64,000 nucleotides of DNA, from the NCBI RefSeq assembly GCF_001194135.2, contig NC_068986.1:6760397-6824396 (forward strand), given 5' to 3'. This document shows, one piece after another, positions 25,556 through 38,400 of this stretch. The notes below the pieces were generated by a model. The model worked only from the letters and a program-made list of their open reading frames with translations. It was not told the origin of the DNA and searched no databases. Each line of letters starts with the position of its first letter. Positions within the stretch are counted from its first letter, which is position 1. This DNA comes from Octopus bimaculoides. Its lineage: Eukaryota. The translations under genes and the position numbers were made by a program.

Positions 25556-26349
25556 AATCTATTAAGTTCTGCAAGAGAGACTACTTATAAAATTCTGTAG
25601 TACAATGGTACATTTATGAATGAAGTTAGTAATTTTATGTGAAAGATGTTTTCTATATTAAAAACCAAGACAGTATTATCAAACAAAATTAAACATTCTT
25701 AAGCATAACACTAAGGTTAACTTTAATAAAATATTACCAATCAATATGAAATAAGTTTAATTTTCTGTCAGATATTGAAATAAATAAAATTTGTCCTAAT
25801 TTTGTGGTTGTGTAGCTTTGGTGTGTTCTGACAGATCCCTGATTTTGGTAATTAGTATTGACTTGAAGTTCCAATGTTTATGCTACTTGAAAATGACGCT
25901 ATAGATATTGCACTCTCTTTATTCTATAGCGTGTTCCTGCTAGAATTGGCAGCCAAATATCCCTTAAACTATTCCCCACCAAAAGAGAAACATACATTGG
26001 AAAATAAAGTTGCAGTTTGATAATTTGGGATCTGGGGAAAATAGTTTTGGATGATAGCTTTGGTACATATTCTAGGAATTGTTGAGAACTGTTCTAAATG
26101 ATTTGATATTATTAAGTATTACATATCACACATGCAAAATATTACAGTTTTAAAGCGAGTTAAAATAAATTTTTCAATGAAATATAATGAAATAATAAAT
26201 TTGTGATAAAACTTTATGTATAAAAAATTAATAACTTTGCTAATTATATATTAATAAGTCAAAATAAAATGAGGTGCTCCACCATGACCACAGCTGCATG
26301 GCTGAAATGAGTAAAAGAATAAATAAAAGAATAAAAGAATAAAAGATAC

Positions 26350-26460
26350 CTGGATTCCAAACAAATATTTGTTGAGTTCTGTTTTGGTCAATAAAAAGGA
26401 AGGATTTTGTGTTGTTAAGAATAGTAATTCCACTCTGAACGGGTCTGCCAGGAAGATAAC
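26350..26460 (-). CDS. TCTN2: TCTN2-like exon: (G)YLPGRPVQSGITILNNTKSFLFIDQNRTQQIFVWNP(D)
   Basis: Acceptor atatatcag, donor gtatct, phase 1 to 1, 111 nt; completes the NPGY..G.PV hallmark. Confidence 0.9.
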
Positions 26461-26950
26461 CTGATATATGGAACATTAAATGTTTTTATTTCTCTCATTG
26501 ATTCTAGTGAAATGAATGAGTAGAGACAATCAAAAGAAGAAACTTACAAAACAACTGGTGATGGTATATTTTTAAAGAATGATGAAAACTTTAGGAGAAA
26601 AGACAATGTTAGTCAAGTGAATTCAACCAAACTTGTCCACAAATATAAAGTCTACTGCAAAATGTAACAAAAGATATCAATGGGAATTTGATGGAATGCA
26701 TTTTAGAAGGAATGTTTTCAAGTGTTTAATTTAAATGGGTTTCCTCATTACCACAATATGGAACCTGATGCAGCTTCTGTCAAGGCATCCAACCCATGCC
26801 AGCATAGAAAACAGACGTTAAATGATGACGCCTCATTAAACTGTACAACTAAGAGGGGAAGTGTGTCTTGGTTTAGTTGAATTTATTGATACTACAAGTT
26901 AATAATATAAGCATATATAGTACTGGAAATATAAACAACATATTACAACA

Positions 26951-27350
26951 GAGGTGCAGGAGTGGCTGTGTGGTAAGAAGCTTGCTTCCCAACCACATGG
27001 TTCCGGGTTCAGTCCCACTGCATGGCACCTTGGGCAAGTGTCTTCTATTATAGCCTTGGGCTGACAAAAGCCTTGTGAGTGGATTTGGTAGACGGAAACT
27101 GAAAGAAGCCCGTCGTATAAATATATATGTATGTATGTGTTTGTTGTTTCTGTCTGTATTTGTCCCCCCACCATTGCTCGACAACCGATGTTGGTGTGTT
27201 TATGTCCCTGGTACCTAGCGGTTCAGCAAAAAGAGACTAACAGAATAAGTACTAGGCTTACAAAGAATAAGTCCTGGGGTCGATTTATTCGACTAAAGGT
27301 GGTGCTCCAGCATGACCGCAGTCAAATGACTGAGACAAGTAAAAGAAAAC
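26951..27350 (+). mobile_element. tRNA-derived SINE (Octopus-type), near full length
   Basis: ggagtggctgtgtggtaagaagcttgcttcccaaccacatggttccgggttcagtccc head; copies at 31265, 38615, 39925-40450 (minus) and 49361. Confidence 0.85.
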
Positions 27351-27609
27351 ATAGGTAAAATATGTTAACTAGATACAAAATTATAGAAAGTCCTGTAAAT
27401 GTCATATTTTTGTAATCTTTTAGTCATACAGTAACTATGGACACGTTTGCAAAATATGGTGAACAGGAAAGTGGATATAGTGATCCAATTACGTGTAAAA
27501 AAAAATCAGATGTAAACTTAATAATAATGCTGATGGTGGTTATAATTATTAAAACAATTAAGAGAAATGGAAAGTCAGAATAAAATGAAATTCCTGCACA
27601 AGGAGCATT

Positions 27610-28840
27610 TTAAACAAAGCATCATCATTTAACACCCACTCTCCATGCTGGCATGGATCAGACGGTTTGGCTGGAGCTGATAAGGAAGAGAGCTGCATTA
27701 GGTTCCAGTCATATGTGGCATGATTTCTATGGCTGCCCTTCCTAACACCAACCACTCCAGGAGTGTAATGGGTGCTTTTATGTGCCATTTACAAGACACC
27801 AGTAACAACCATGAGGATTCATGCCATCAATATAGCACCAGTAACAAGCATGACTACGATGCACGGGTGCCATTTATATGGTACTCTGACAGTGACCATG
27901 ATTACGATTAATGAGTGGTGCCATTAACGGTCACAACTACGATTCATGAGTGGTGCCATTTACATGACATTGGCACAGCCACAACTACAATTTCATTTGG
28001 TCTGATGAGTCTTCTCATGCATAGCATATTACCATAGTTCTCAGTCATCACCTCTGTGAGGTCCAACAGCCAAAGATCATATTTCACCACTTTGTCCCAG
28101 TTCCCTCCACAGTTAAAGGTTAGCATTTCTTTACACCGCTGTCTTCATCCACACATGGCCATACCAGTGCAGTTGTCTCTCTTGCACATCACATTTGATG
28201 TTTCTTATGCCCAACTTTTCTCTCAAGACACTAACACTGTTGTACATGCACACTGACATTGCACATTCAGTGAAGCATACCAGTTTCATTTCTTTCAAGC
28301 CTACGCATGTCATATAATCACACCTGATGGGTTATATCAATAATGGTATAAATAAATAATATATATACAAATTATGGGACAACCCAGCAACACAATAGCT
28401 CAAACAGCTGTCTTGTTTATGCTTATTAGCCATGGAGCTAATAGAGGGAAATCTACAACCATAAAGAGGCTTCTCATATTTGATTATATTTTTTATGATA
28501 ATTTTTGAAAATCCACTCAAATTAATGAATGTAAGACTAGCATATTAAATATTTTGTCAGCCCCATAATCACCATTATTAGAAATATGGCTAGTTTCCAT
28601 CAACAACAAAAAAAAGCACCATTCAAGCATGGCCGATGCCAGTACCATCTGACTAGCCCTCATACTGGTGGCACATAAAAAGCACCCACTACACTCTTGG
28701 AGTGGTTGGCGTTAGGAAGGGCATCCAGCTGTAGAAACATTGCCAGATCAAATTGGAGCCTGGTGCAGCCTTCAGTCAAACGGTCTGACTCATGCCAGCA
28801 TGGAAAATGAATGTTAAATGATGATGACGATGATGATGAA
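27610..28840. mobile_element. RTE LINE 3' fragments
   Basis: Minus-strand ORF2 end and UTR at 27610-28330; plus-strand tail at 28610-28840. Confidence 0.75.
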
Positions 28841-29372
28841 TAGGTATGAAATGTTTTGGCATCACTGAGCTGATGCAGACTTATCTGACATCAGGCATTT
28901 TACAGTTTCTTTCGTTCTCTTCTGTATGTGTAATGCTTTTCTATTTGTATGTTTGACTCCAGGACCAAAACAAGTTAAATGTCCAGTCAGCCAAATCCTC
29001 CACATCCAAACAATTGCACCTACTTAACTCTTGTTGTTTACAACCTTATTATAGATTATATGCCTTTGCCTTTACTTTCCAAAGTATTAAAGTTTTACTT
29101 TTAATTCATAATCAAAATCCGATGCAAAATTCCTACATCCAGCAATTCATACCCTACGATCCAAGGTACTTTTGAATGGGCTGGGGCTGGTTATGTGAAA
29201 CTGGTGTAGGATACAGCCGTGAACTCACTTTATTTGCTGGGTCTTCGCAGTCACAGCATATCTCCAGAGGTCTCTGTCTTTCGTCATTGCTTCTGTGAGG
29301 CCCAACAGAGGCGATAACGAAAGACAGAGAATATGGATGTTAAAATGCTTTAATGAATTAAATCTAACTTAC

Positions 29373-30115
29373 CTGGATTTTCTGATTGGCCATTTGGAAG
29401 TTTACTTCCAGATTGGTTATAATTGATGTAATATACTTGAAAATGTTGTGTTAAATGAGTGATGCTTTCATTTTGACAGGTGTTATTATCATTTGATCCT
29501 GTTTTAGATACATTTCTTTCTTCCATACTTTGATTAATTTTGGATATAGAAACATTTCCCAGAATAATTGATACATTTAAGAAAGTAATTCCTGTTTTGT
29601 TCCATGTATACTGATAATTAACTTGAAGAACAACATTATCACAAAATACTTCATTTTGCCTTTTTTTAACAGTAGGAACAGGTGGTTTTGTATAACTGTC
29701 ATCCCAAGAACAACGTGTTTCAAAAAGTTTGTTTCCATTTACAGATTTATTAAACTCTTCTTTCCAATCATAGACTGCAGTGTTATAGGTTTTTACATAG
29801 GAATTTACATTTTTAGCACAGAAGTAATTAACATCAGTAAGAATATTATTAGAAGGTGCAACACAATTTGAGTCAATTAGTGAGGTTGGCAGAACATAAG
29901 ACATAGCACTTAATACAGAACTTCTTGAACAGATGTCATTGTCTATGTTAGAAGTGCAATCAGAAGTTATATTTACAAGGTAAGGGAGAGGAGCTGATGT
30001 AATGCATTGACCAGTGAATATCTTTTGAGGTAAATAATTAGTTGCTGATGAACGACCATTATTTATCAGATTTTCATTTCCTTCATCCAAAGAACTTTGA
30101 GGAGTATTTTTTTCT
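29373..30115 (-). CDS. TCTN2: TCTN2-like large exon: (R)EKNTPQ...GQCITSAPLPYL...YQYTWNKTGITFLNVSIILGNVS...LTQHFQVYYINYN...ENP(G)
   Basis: 743 nt within ORF 29350..30147; acceptor gtttccag, donor gtaagt, phase 2 to 1; DUF1619/tectonic domain motifs. Confidence 0.92.
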
Positions 30116-31264
30116 CTGGAAACAGACGAAGGAAGACAATTATACAATCCAGTAAAAATGCAATAGTTTATAAGTCAGTTTTTGTTTAATGCATATTTCC
30201 AAAAAATAAACTTGGTTTATAAGTCAGTAGTGTAAAAATATGAGAGAGAGAGAAAGAGAGAAAACCATAAGGAAAAATTTGTTCAACATGTTAAAGGTTG
30301 CATCAAAATGCCTCAGCTAGACAAATTGTGTTTTCACTCCATTAAAATTTAGAGTTTCAGTCTCAGTAATGCTCCAACATGTAAGAATTGAGATTGTCCA
30401 TCAATTTCCAAATGTAAGGAAGTGAATTCTACCTTTACATAAAAGAATGAAGGAACTGTATGTGTTTAGTTCTCAATGTCCTCCAGCAGATATTAATTTA
30501 GTTCTGTATGTAAGTACATTTCTGAGAGAGTTACCATTAAGTGAGCAAAACATTTTGTGACTGAAATAACATTCTGCCAGTTGGGTTGATGGAATGTTTC
30601 CATTTCTATAATACGGATTAAATTGAAGTTAACTCTAACATTATTCTTATTGCAAAGTTTATGATATTTGTGTTGCAAGAGATTTTTGTCATGAAGGATG
30701 GGAAATTTTTTTAGCTAGCCACATTGCATGCTATTCTCATGCTGTATGTGTGGCAAGTGTTAAACTAGACGAAATATGTTTTCCTAGTTCTCTTGTACTG
30801 AGATTTGGGCTTGTTTCATGTATCTTAGTTTTTCTTTGAAACCACATATCATGCATCAATATGGGTTAGATACTTTCCTCCTGTTAAGTACTAAATATTT
30901 TATGATTGTGGAAAGATAGTTGGACCTTTAGTTTACAATTATACTGTCTTTTAGTATTTTATAGCTGTAGTGCTTGCCCATAAGTTATGACACGGTTCTT
31001 AGGTTGATGGTCATCTTTGATCCCTTAATATTGTGTATGACAAATTTGCATGACACTGTATTTGTCAGTCCTGTACTACCTGGCCATATATGAACCATTC
31101 TTCTTCACAATCATTTTAAAAGAAGTTATAAGCTCTCCATCCTAAGGGAGAATTTTTACTCTCTTTGTCTTATTTACTTATACCCTGTGACATACATTGT
31201 TAACATCAACCCATGTCTCTGGATTTATGTTGATTTTTCCTGGAGTTGTCTTTATTGAAACTTT

Positions 31265-31630
31265 CAAGTGTAGCTGTGTGAGTAAGAAGCTTGCTTCCCA
31301 ATCATGTGGTTTTGGGTTCAATCCCACAGCACAGCATCTTGGGCAAATCACTCCTACTACAACTCTGGGCTGACCAAAGCCTTGTCGGTGGATCCAGTGG
31401 ATGGAAAGTGAAAGAAGCCTGTCATATGTATGTATCTGTGTATGTGTCTGTGCTTGTCCCCCATCAGGACCACTTGACAACCAATGTTGGTTTGTTCGTG
31501 TCCCCATAACTTAGAAGTTCAGCAAAAGAGACCAATAGAATAAATACCAGGCTTAAAAATCAGTACCAGAAGTGAGTTGTTAAACTAAACTCTTTACAAT
31601 ATGGCTGAAGTCCAATGACTGAAACAAGTA
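31265..31630 (+). mobile_element. tRNA-derived SINE
   Basis: Same family as 26951-27350. Confidence 0.8.
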
Positions 31631-32329
31631 TAAAAATATATCGTTCTTTGAGCAACAACATATGCAATGATTCCATTGATAAATTAATGGCAGATATGGC
31701 TTTTGGGATAATAACCAAAGTAATATAACTATTTCTTCTGTGCAAACTTTGATGTCTGATATATATCTGTCTGATTATTCATCAAGTGACTGGGATGAAA
31801 TAATACTTGAAGAATGGTCAGACACTGCTGTCGGTCCAAAAATACCTTTTGGATTTGTCAAGGTATTTTTTTTCCCATTTCCTACTGAGTTTTAATCAAT
31901 GCAATTGCTCAACAAATTAATTTGTATATAGAACAACAAGAAGCAGACATCTTTGTTTTGACATGCATTAAAATTCGTGTATACCTGCAAATGTTATTTT
32001 GGAATGAAGTAACTCAACTTGCTTATAACAAGCTGTAAAAAGTTCAGAAAAAAACTTTTTTTGTGATGTTTAGTTCTTACTAATTACATTTATTACCAAC
32101 ATATTTTAATCTTTTTTTTAGTGTAGCTGCTTTTAATTATTATGTAATTAACAAACACACATGCACAACATTATTTTTGGCACAAATGACTATCTACATT
32201 TAAAAAACAAAGCAAAAACAACTAAAACTGTCAATTTTCACAATAATCTGACCCCACAAGTAAATACACTATCAGCAAATTGAATAAACAATTTTTCAGC
32301 TATTTTCTGCTCTGTCAATACAGAACTGA

Positions 32330-32800
32330 GCTTTTCACCTAAATTTTCAACACGAAGCTAGAAGTTAATGCTTTCCTAAACTTGTCCATGCCAAAACCAT
32401 TCAGGCAGTGGAAGATTGCCAGTTCATCATTCCTATATAATCCTCTGCTGGGAGCAACTTTTGGTTTCTTTTAAGATTATCTCAAATATATGAATCATCT
32501 AATTTAAAGACTTTAGCACCTTAAAGCTACCAATAGAAAAGTTAAAAAGTTTCTCACCTTTTTTTTCCACCTAGGAAGAGATGTTATAAACCAAGAGCAA
32601 CTTACTGTAGTTCATTATTATGCTGGTGTCATTAATAATAGAAAACACTTTAGCAAATTCCAAGATTTTTTTAAGGAAGAGATATAGAAATTTTTGAGTA
32701 AAATTCCACTATATTGAACTTGCCTACTTTTCTATGCCATCAAATTGCTTTATTATAAAGCTGTGACAATTTTGTGTAAGCCTAGTTCATTTTTGACCCT
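32330..32800 (-). mobile_element. Penelope-like RT fragment
   Basis: GLYRNDELAIFHCLNGFGMDKFRK resembles the LYRDDGL catalytic motif. Confidence 0.6.
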
Positions 32801-33117
32801 TTAAGGTAATATATGGCTTATGTATTGCTAGGCATTCTACCCTAATACATATATATTTAAGAGGCTGGAAATTATGCCTTGTTGTTAATTATATTGTAAG
32901 AATTGGACTTGTATTTTTGGAAGTTTTAGTAGTTGTCTGACAGGAATTTGGAGTGGGTTGTATTATATAGTTCATGTAGATTTATTATTTTGTTGACAAA
33001 TATGTGGTTTCTGTGGGTGTCGTAAATGGATATCTGATCATTTAAAAGGTTTTCAAAGCTACTGGTGTGATAGCTAAATGAATCAACTTGTTTTGTGTTT
33101 AATCTTTCTGAATGCCC

Positions 33118-33340
33118 AAGGTGGTGAGCTGGCAGAATCGGTAGCACGCCAGGCAAAATACTCAGCAGTATTTCGTCTGCCATTACGTTCTGAGTTCAAA
33201 TTCCACCAAGGTTGACTTTGCCTTTCATCCTTTTGGAGTCGATAAATTATGTACCAGTCGCATACTGAGGTCGATGCAACTGACTAGCCCCATCCCAGAA
33301 ATTTCGGTCCTTGTGCCTAGAGCAGAAAAGAATATTTCTG
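33118..33340 (+). mobile_element. tRNA-derived SINE, second family
   Basis: ggtggtgagctggcagaatcggtagc (A box) ... gttctgagttcaaattcc (B box). Confidence 0.75.
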
Positions 33341-33525
33341 AATGCCCTAACCAAATTATTCCATTCAGCTTCTTGTTGGCTGAAAGATTGCACACATTGA
33401 GAGGGGGAGTAGCAAGAGAGTGAATCACCAAATTCAACTGAATTAAACTCTACTAATATGATTTAATAATCAGAGACCCTTGCAGTAGTGGAAAAAGGGT
33501 AAATAGAAGAGGTAGCATGTGCTCA

Positions 33526-33560
<35 letters not shown>

Positions 33561-33759
33561 GGAGTAAGAAGTTGATCTTGCTCTAGGTCAATCCTGATGA
33601 GGAGAATCATATCTGATGTGTCCTTTCCTTTTTTTTTTAATTAGAATTTTATGTAACACAATGTTACAGCTTAGCTTAGCAAGAATGAGGCATTGTAAAA
33701 TTTAGTGGATATCAAAAATATCAAAATTTACATGAATTATTTCCCTCACTTGAAGTGAA

Positions 33760-34175
33760 GGGAAGATGGAGACCGAGGAAGACATGGGATGAAGTTTTGA
33801 AGACCAATCTCAAAACACTGAACCTTATGAAAGAGGTGACAGAGAACTGAGACATGTGATGCATTGCTGCACTTGTACTTTGTCAGCAAAATAATAAAGA
33901 CCCATCCACCACAACAGAATTGAGGTCCTAAAACCAAGATGCCATGTAAAAAGCATAGATGTAGGTGCTGGTGCCACTTAAAAAGCACCTGTGATGGTGC
34001 CATATAAAAGGTACCCAGTACACTGTGGAGTGGTTGGCATTAGGAAGGGCATCCAGCTGTAAAAACTAAGCCAAAACAAACTGTGGAATCTGGTATGGGC
34101 CCAGGCCTTACCAGTTCCTGTCAAGCCAACTAACCCATGCTAGTATGGAAAATGGATGTTAAATGATGATGATGT
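33760..34175 (+). mobile_element. RTE 3' fragment ending about 20 nt from a TCTN2 donor site
   Basis: End of ORF2, UTR and gatgatgatg tail. Confidence 0.75.
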
Positions 34176-34195
34176 GACAATGAAGGAATAGGTAC

Positions 34196-34434
34196 CTGTA
34201 AGAATAAGTTTCAGACCATATTTCTCTGAAAGATGTGGGATCAAGATTAAACAGATGGTTGTTGTAGTATATACCAAGGAAAGCATTATCTTTCTTAACA
34301 ACACAGAACCAAGAATTTAAATCAGAAACTATGCTCGAGGACATTTGTGTTTCACATAAGTGAGTCGAGAGAATTTGCTCTGTATCTTCTTTAGGACACT
34401 GATTCAAGTTTAATTCTTGGAAATCTTGGCAATC
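34196..34434 (-). CDS. TCTN2: TCTN2-like exon: DCQDFQELNLNQC...WFCVVKKDNAFLGIYY...TYSY(R)
   Basis: Acceptor ttttgtgaag after a poly-T tract, donor gtacct, phase 0 to 2, 239 nt; within ORF 34159..34440. Confidence 0.88.
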
Positions 34435-35559
34435 CTTCACAAAAACAAAAACAAAAAAAATTACATTAAAATATTCATATTGTTTGTTGTTAATGAAAAA
34501 AGTTACATTTTCAATACATATTTTATATCAATAAGTCAAATCTATATCAATAAGATCAATAAATTTTCCATGTATCCTTAGCTTCCCTGCCTGTTGTTTC
34601 TACTAATCATCTCTTTCCTGTGCCTTCAGCCATTGTTCTCTCTTCTCTACTGTACTCCATCTTTAATACCATTTATCAGCTATCACTCTCAATGCCTTTT
34701 ACCATAATCTACCCTCCACGGCCACACCTATTTCTCTCACCATCTATCTTGTCCTCATACTCTTATGAAACTTCCCCCTCTATCACCCCGGCCCACTCAC
34801 CCAAACCAATCCTCTAAGGCATGACTAACACCTCAGATGTAGGAAAACACTCCTAAATTGAAGATGCTCTCACTCAGCAGGAATAAAACCCAGGCAAACC
34901 AAATCAAATTTCCACATTATCTATTCATGACTTAATTATAAATTCAAAATGACTGACAAACTATCCATCAAACTATCAAAGATAGTATGCTCTAACTTGG
35001 AATGCTAACGGATTGGGATATAGACTAGATGCTGAATCAAAGACATTGATGAAGTTGGCCTAGATTTCATTGTGGAATTGCTCATAGCCATATGCAGCAG
35101 TTCAAGTATCTCTGGAAGATGAACAAATAAAGTGTATCTAATCACACTGGAACAGCATCTAGGCACATATCAAAGTAATACACATGCAAAATTTCAGCCT
35201 ATTACATCAATTATTCTTGGAGATATTGTGACCTAAAGATTGCTACCCAGTCAAAAATGTCATTTCGAGGAAAACACAAAAATGCTGGAAACAGTTGATT
35301 TTACAACAATGCCCAACTACACAAAGATAATATCCACATTTTGGTGAAATATTTGCAGTTTTGCACAGTCTAATAATGCCCAGAAGCATATCTTTTGCTA
35401 TTTTTCTGAGATTTTGCTATCTGAAATCTGAGGTATTAGTCTTGCCTTAAAATGGTAAAATAAGTTTTAATGAAAAGTAAATAAAAGATTAATTTCAAAA
35501 TTAAATAAAAAGAATTGAATTTCTGGATTAGATCATTACAGAAAATCCCAAAAACTTAC

Positions 35560-35672
35560 AGAATCACAGCAACAATTGATGTCACACATCATCCCTTTCA
35601 GATCACAAGAACATGGCACAAACTTCTTACTTAGAGGGTCGATATTATTTAACGTATGTGCTTCTAGTTGTA
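35560..35672 (-). CDS. TCTN2: TCTN2-like exon: (L)QLEAHTLNNIDPLSKKFVPCSCDLKGMMCDINCCCDS
   Basis: Acceptor tattttag, donor gtaagt, phase 1 to 0, 113 nt; diagnostic tectonic cysteine cluster. Confidence 0.93.
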
Positions 35673-35864
35673 CTAAAATATAAAACAAACACATTGAAAG
35701 AAAGCAAAAGGCAAACTTTGTTTCAGCATCCTTGAGGTCACTATTTCAAGATGTTGTAAAATTAGTATTAAAAGTAATGATAAAAAAGACTTAAAAAAAA
35801 AAGATTATTAAAAATATTGCATTATAATGACTTCAAATGAAATTTTGTTAACACATCATCATCA

Positions 35865-37550
35865 TCATCATCGTTTAACGTCCGCTTTCCATGCTAGCAT
35901 GGGTTGGACGATTTGACTGAGGACTGGTGGAACCAGATGGCGACACCAGGCTCCATGAAGGAGAGAAACATATCTGTATGGGTGATGGTTCACTTGCACT
36001 TAACAAGGCTGCAAAGGGAGAGGTTTGGAGACGCCACTATGAAAGGTTGCTCAATAAAGAGAATGAATAGGAGAAAGAGTCTGCCAAATGTCGTCCCAAC
36101 AGAGAGGCCAGTTATCCGAATTGACAATACCTTGGTAGATAAAGCAATTAAGAGTATAAAGACAGGGAAAGCCCCCGGCCCATCAGAAATCACCACAGAG
36201 ATGCTTAAAATATCTGGCGGTGTCGGCTATAGCCTAGTCACCCATATAGTTAACCAGGTGATACACGAAGGAGTCATACCCAATGACTGGTGTAGCAGCA
36301 CCATAGTTAACTGCTACAAAGGTAAAGGTGATGCTTTAGATACAAATAATTACAGAGGTATCAAGTTGATGGATCAGGTAATGAAAGTCACGGAGAGCTT
36401 CCGTTACCTTGGTGACCAAGTCAGTAGCGGGGGAGGGTGCGCTGAAAGTGTAGCTGCTGGAATAAGAATAGGCTGTTGCAAAGTTCAGAGAGCTCCTACC
36501 TCTGCTGGTGACAAAGGGCCTCATGCTCAGAGTAAAAGGCAGACTGTATGAACAGCCAGGCTACATGGCAGTGAAACATGGGCCGTGACTGCTGAGGACA
36601 TGCGTAAGCTAGTATGATCCGCTGGATGTGAAATGTCAGTGTGCATACACAACAGGGTTAAGCGCCCTGAGAGAAATGTTGGACATAAGAAGCATCAGAT
36701 GTGGTGTGCAAGAGAGATGACTGCACTGGTATGGTCATGTGTTGTGTATTGATAAGGACAGCAGTGTGAAGAAGTGCCACACTCTAACAGTAGAGGGAAC
36801 CTGTGGAAGAGGTAGACCCAGGAAGTCCTGGGATGAGGTGGTGAAGCATGAACTCCAAACATTGGACCTCATGGAGGCAATGGCAAGTGACTGAGACGTT
36901 TGGAGATATGCTGTGCTTGAGAAGACCCAGCAAGCCAAGTGAGACTGTAACAGTGGCCTATGTCAGAGTAGCATAACCAACCCATTTAAGAGTACCCTTC
37001 AATCATTGGGCAATAAACTGTGCTTGCGAAGAGCTGTTGAGTCAAGTGAAGTTACTGTTGTGGCCGATGACAGTACCGCCTGATTGGCACCCACGCCAGT
37101 GTTGCCTGACTGGTCCTGTGCTGGTGGCATGTAAAAAGCACCATTCAAGCGTGGCTGATGCAGTTCTCGCCAGCTGGTCTGGTGCCGGAGGAATGTAAAA
37201 AGCATCATTCATCATCATCATCATCATCATCATCGTTTAACGTCCGCTTTCCATGCTAGCATGGGTTGGACGATTTGACTGAGGACTGGTGAAACCGGAT
37301 GGCAACACCAGGCTCCAGTCTGATTCGAATGTGATTATTACCAGTATCGCCTGACTGGCTTTTTACATGCCAGTGGCATGCAAAAAGCACCCACTACACT
37401 CTCAGAGTGGTTGGCATTACAAAGAGCATCTAGCTGTAGAAACTTTGCCAGATCAGACTGGCGCCTGGTGCAGCCTTCTAGCTTGCCAGCCCTCAGTCAA
37501 ACTGTTCAGCCCATACCAGCATGGAAAGTGGACATTAAATGATGATGATG
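35865..37550 (+). mobile_element. RTE LINE composite with internally deleted RT
   Basis: KAIKSIKTGKAPGPSEIT.EMLK...IPNDW....YKGKGDALD.NNYRGIKL fused to SFRYLGD; LHGSETWAV; short inverted tails nested at 35865 and 37205. Confidence 0.88.
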
Positions 37551-37679
37551 AACCCTTCAGCCTTCTATAGTTTAAGACACTTGCTTAAAGGGCAGTGCAG
37601 CGGGACTGAATCCAAGACTATGTGGTTGAGAAATTTGTTAACTGCACAGCGACACTTGTGCCATTAAGAAGCTTGCTTC

Positions 37680-38400
37680 TGTTATGGGAGAATCCTGAAC
37701 ACCCCAACATGACTGAAGATGGACTAACTGGTTACAATAAGAACAGAATGTTGCTGATGGAGTTAATTTGATGTGTGTTGGTTTAACAGTCGGTAGTTAA
37801 ACAGTGAATATTGAGTGTCGTACCTACAATCGAATAATACAGAGTGCATTCAGTGTTAACATATATGTCTGCGATAGGTTATTTTCAGATAACCACAACC
37901 AACTATTTGTGTAATAGCATTTTAAACCAGTTGTGTATACCCATGTCTTAACATTTTTGGTGAGGAGATTATTCGAAGCTCATGCTGGACCAATTTTTGC
38001 TTGAACACGGAAGGTTTACTAGCTTTGGTAATTGAATTACAGAAACAACAACAGCAACAGCAGTTGTTGGAATTTCAGATGCAACAGCAACTGTTAGTAC
38101 AACTGATATAAAAGAAAACAGAAAATACATCTAGTTCACCCCTGACACTGTTGCAAACAAAGCAGAGGAGTGTAGTACCTTCTCTGCTTACTTTAGAAGG
38201 TCTAAGGAAATTTTTAGAGAAGAATGCCGTGATTGGTATGATGAGAAAAAACTTGACTTTTGTTGAGAAAGTTGGCAGAAACCGAGCATGAAAAATATTG
38301 CAATTATATATTACCAAACAAACTGGGTGAAGTCTGTTTTGAAGAAACAGCGAATATTCTACCAAAGATTTTCAGTGAGAAAAGTCCTTTATTTAGCGTT
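37680..38400 (+). mobile_element. Gypsy-type LTR retrotransposon 5' stub: LTR 37680-37953, PBS-like site, gag remnant
   Basis: TGTTA...TAACA termini, then tttt TGGTGAGG; frameshifted STFSAYFRRSKEIFREEC.DWYDEKK / LRKL...EHEKYCNYILP...FEET..IL.KIF. Confidence 0.75.

Noticed and set aside
26951-27030. tRNA-like heads here and at 33118 and 49361 as tRNA genes
   Set aside because: They have A/B boxes but continue into multicopy SINE bodies, and I could not form a complete cloverleaf.
28332-28520. ORF containing PLYGCRF as a tectonic exon
   Set aside because: Exon 29373 joins 26460 directly to give NPGY, and the true FGE..SSC motif is at 23614-23725.
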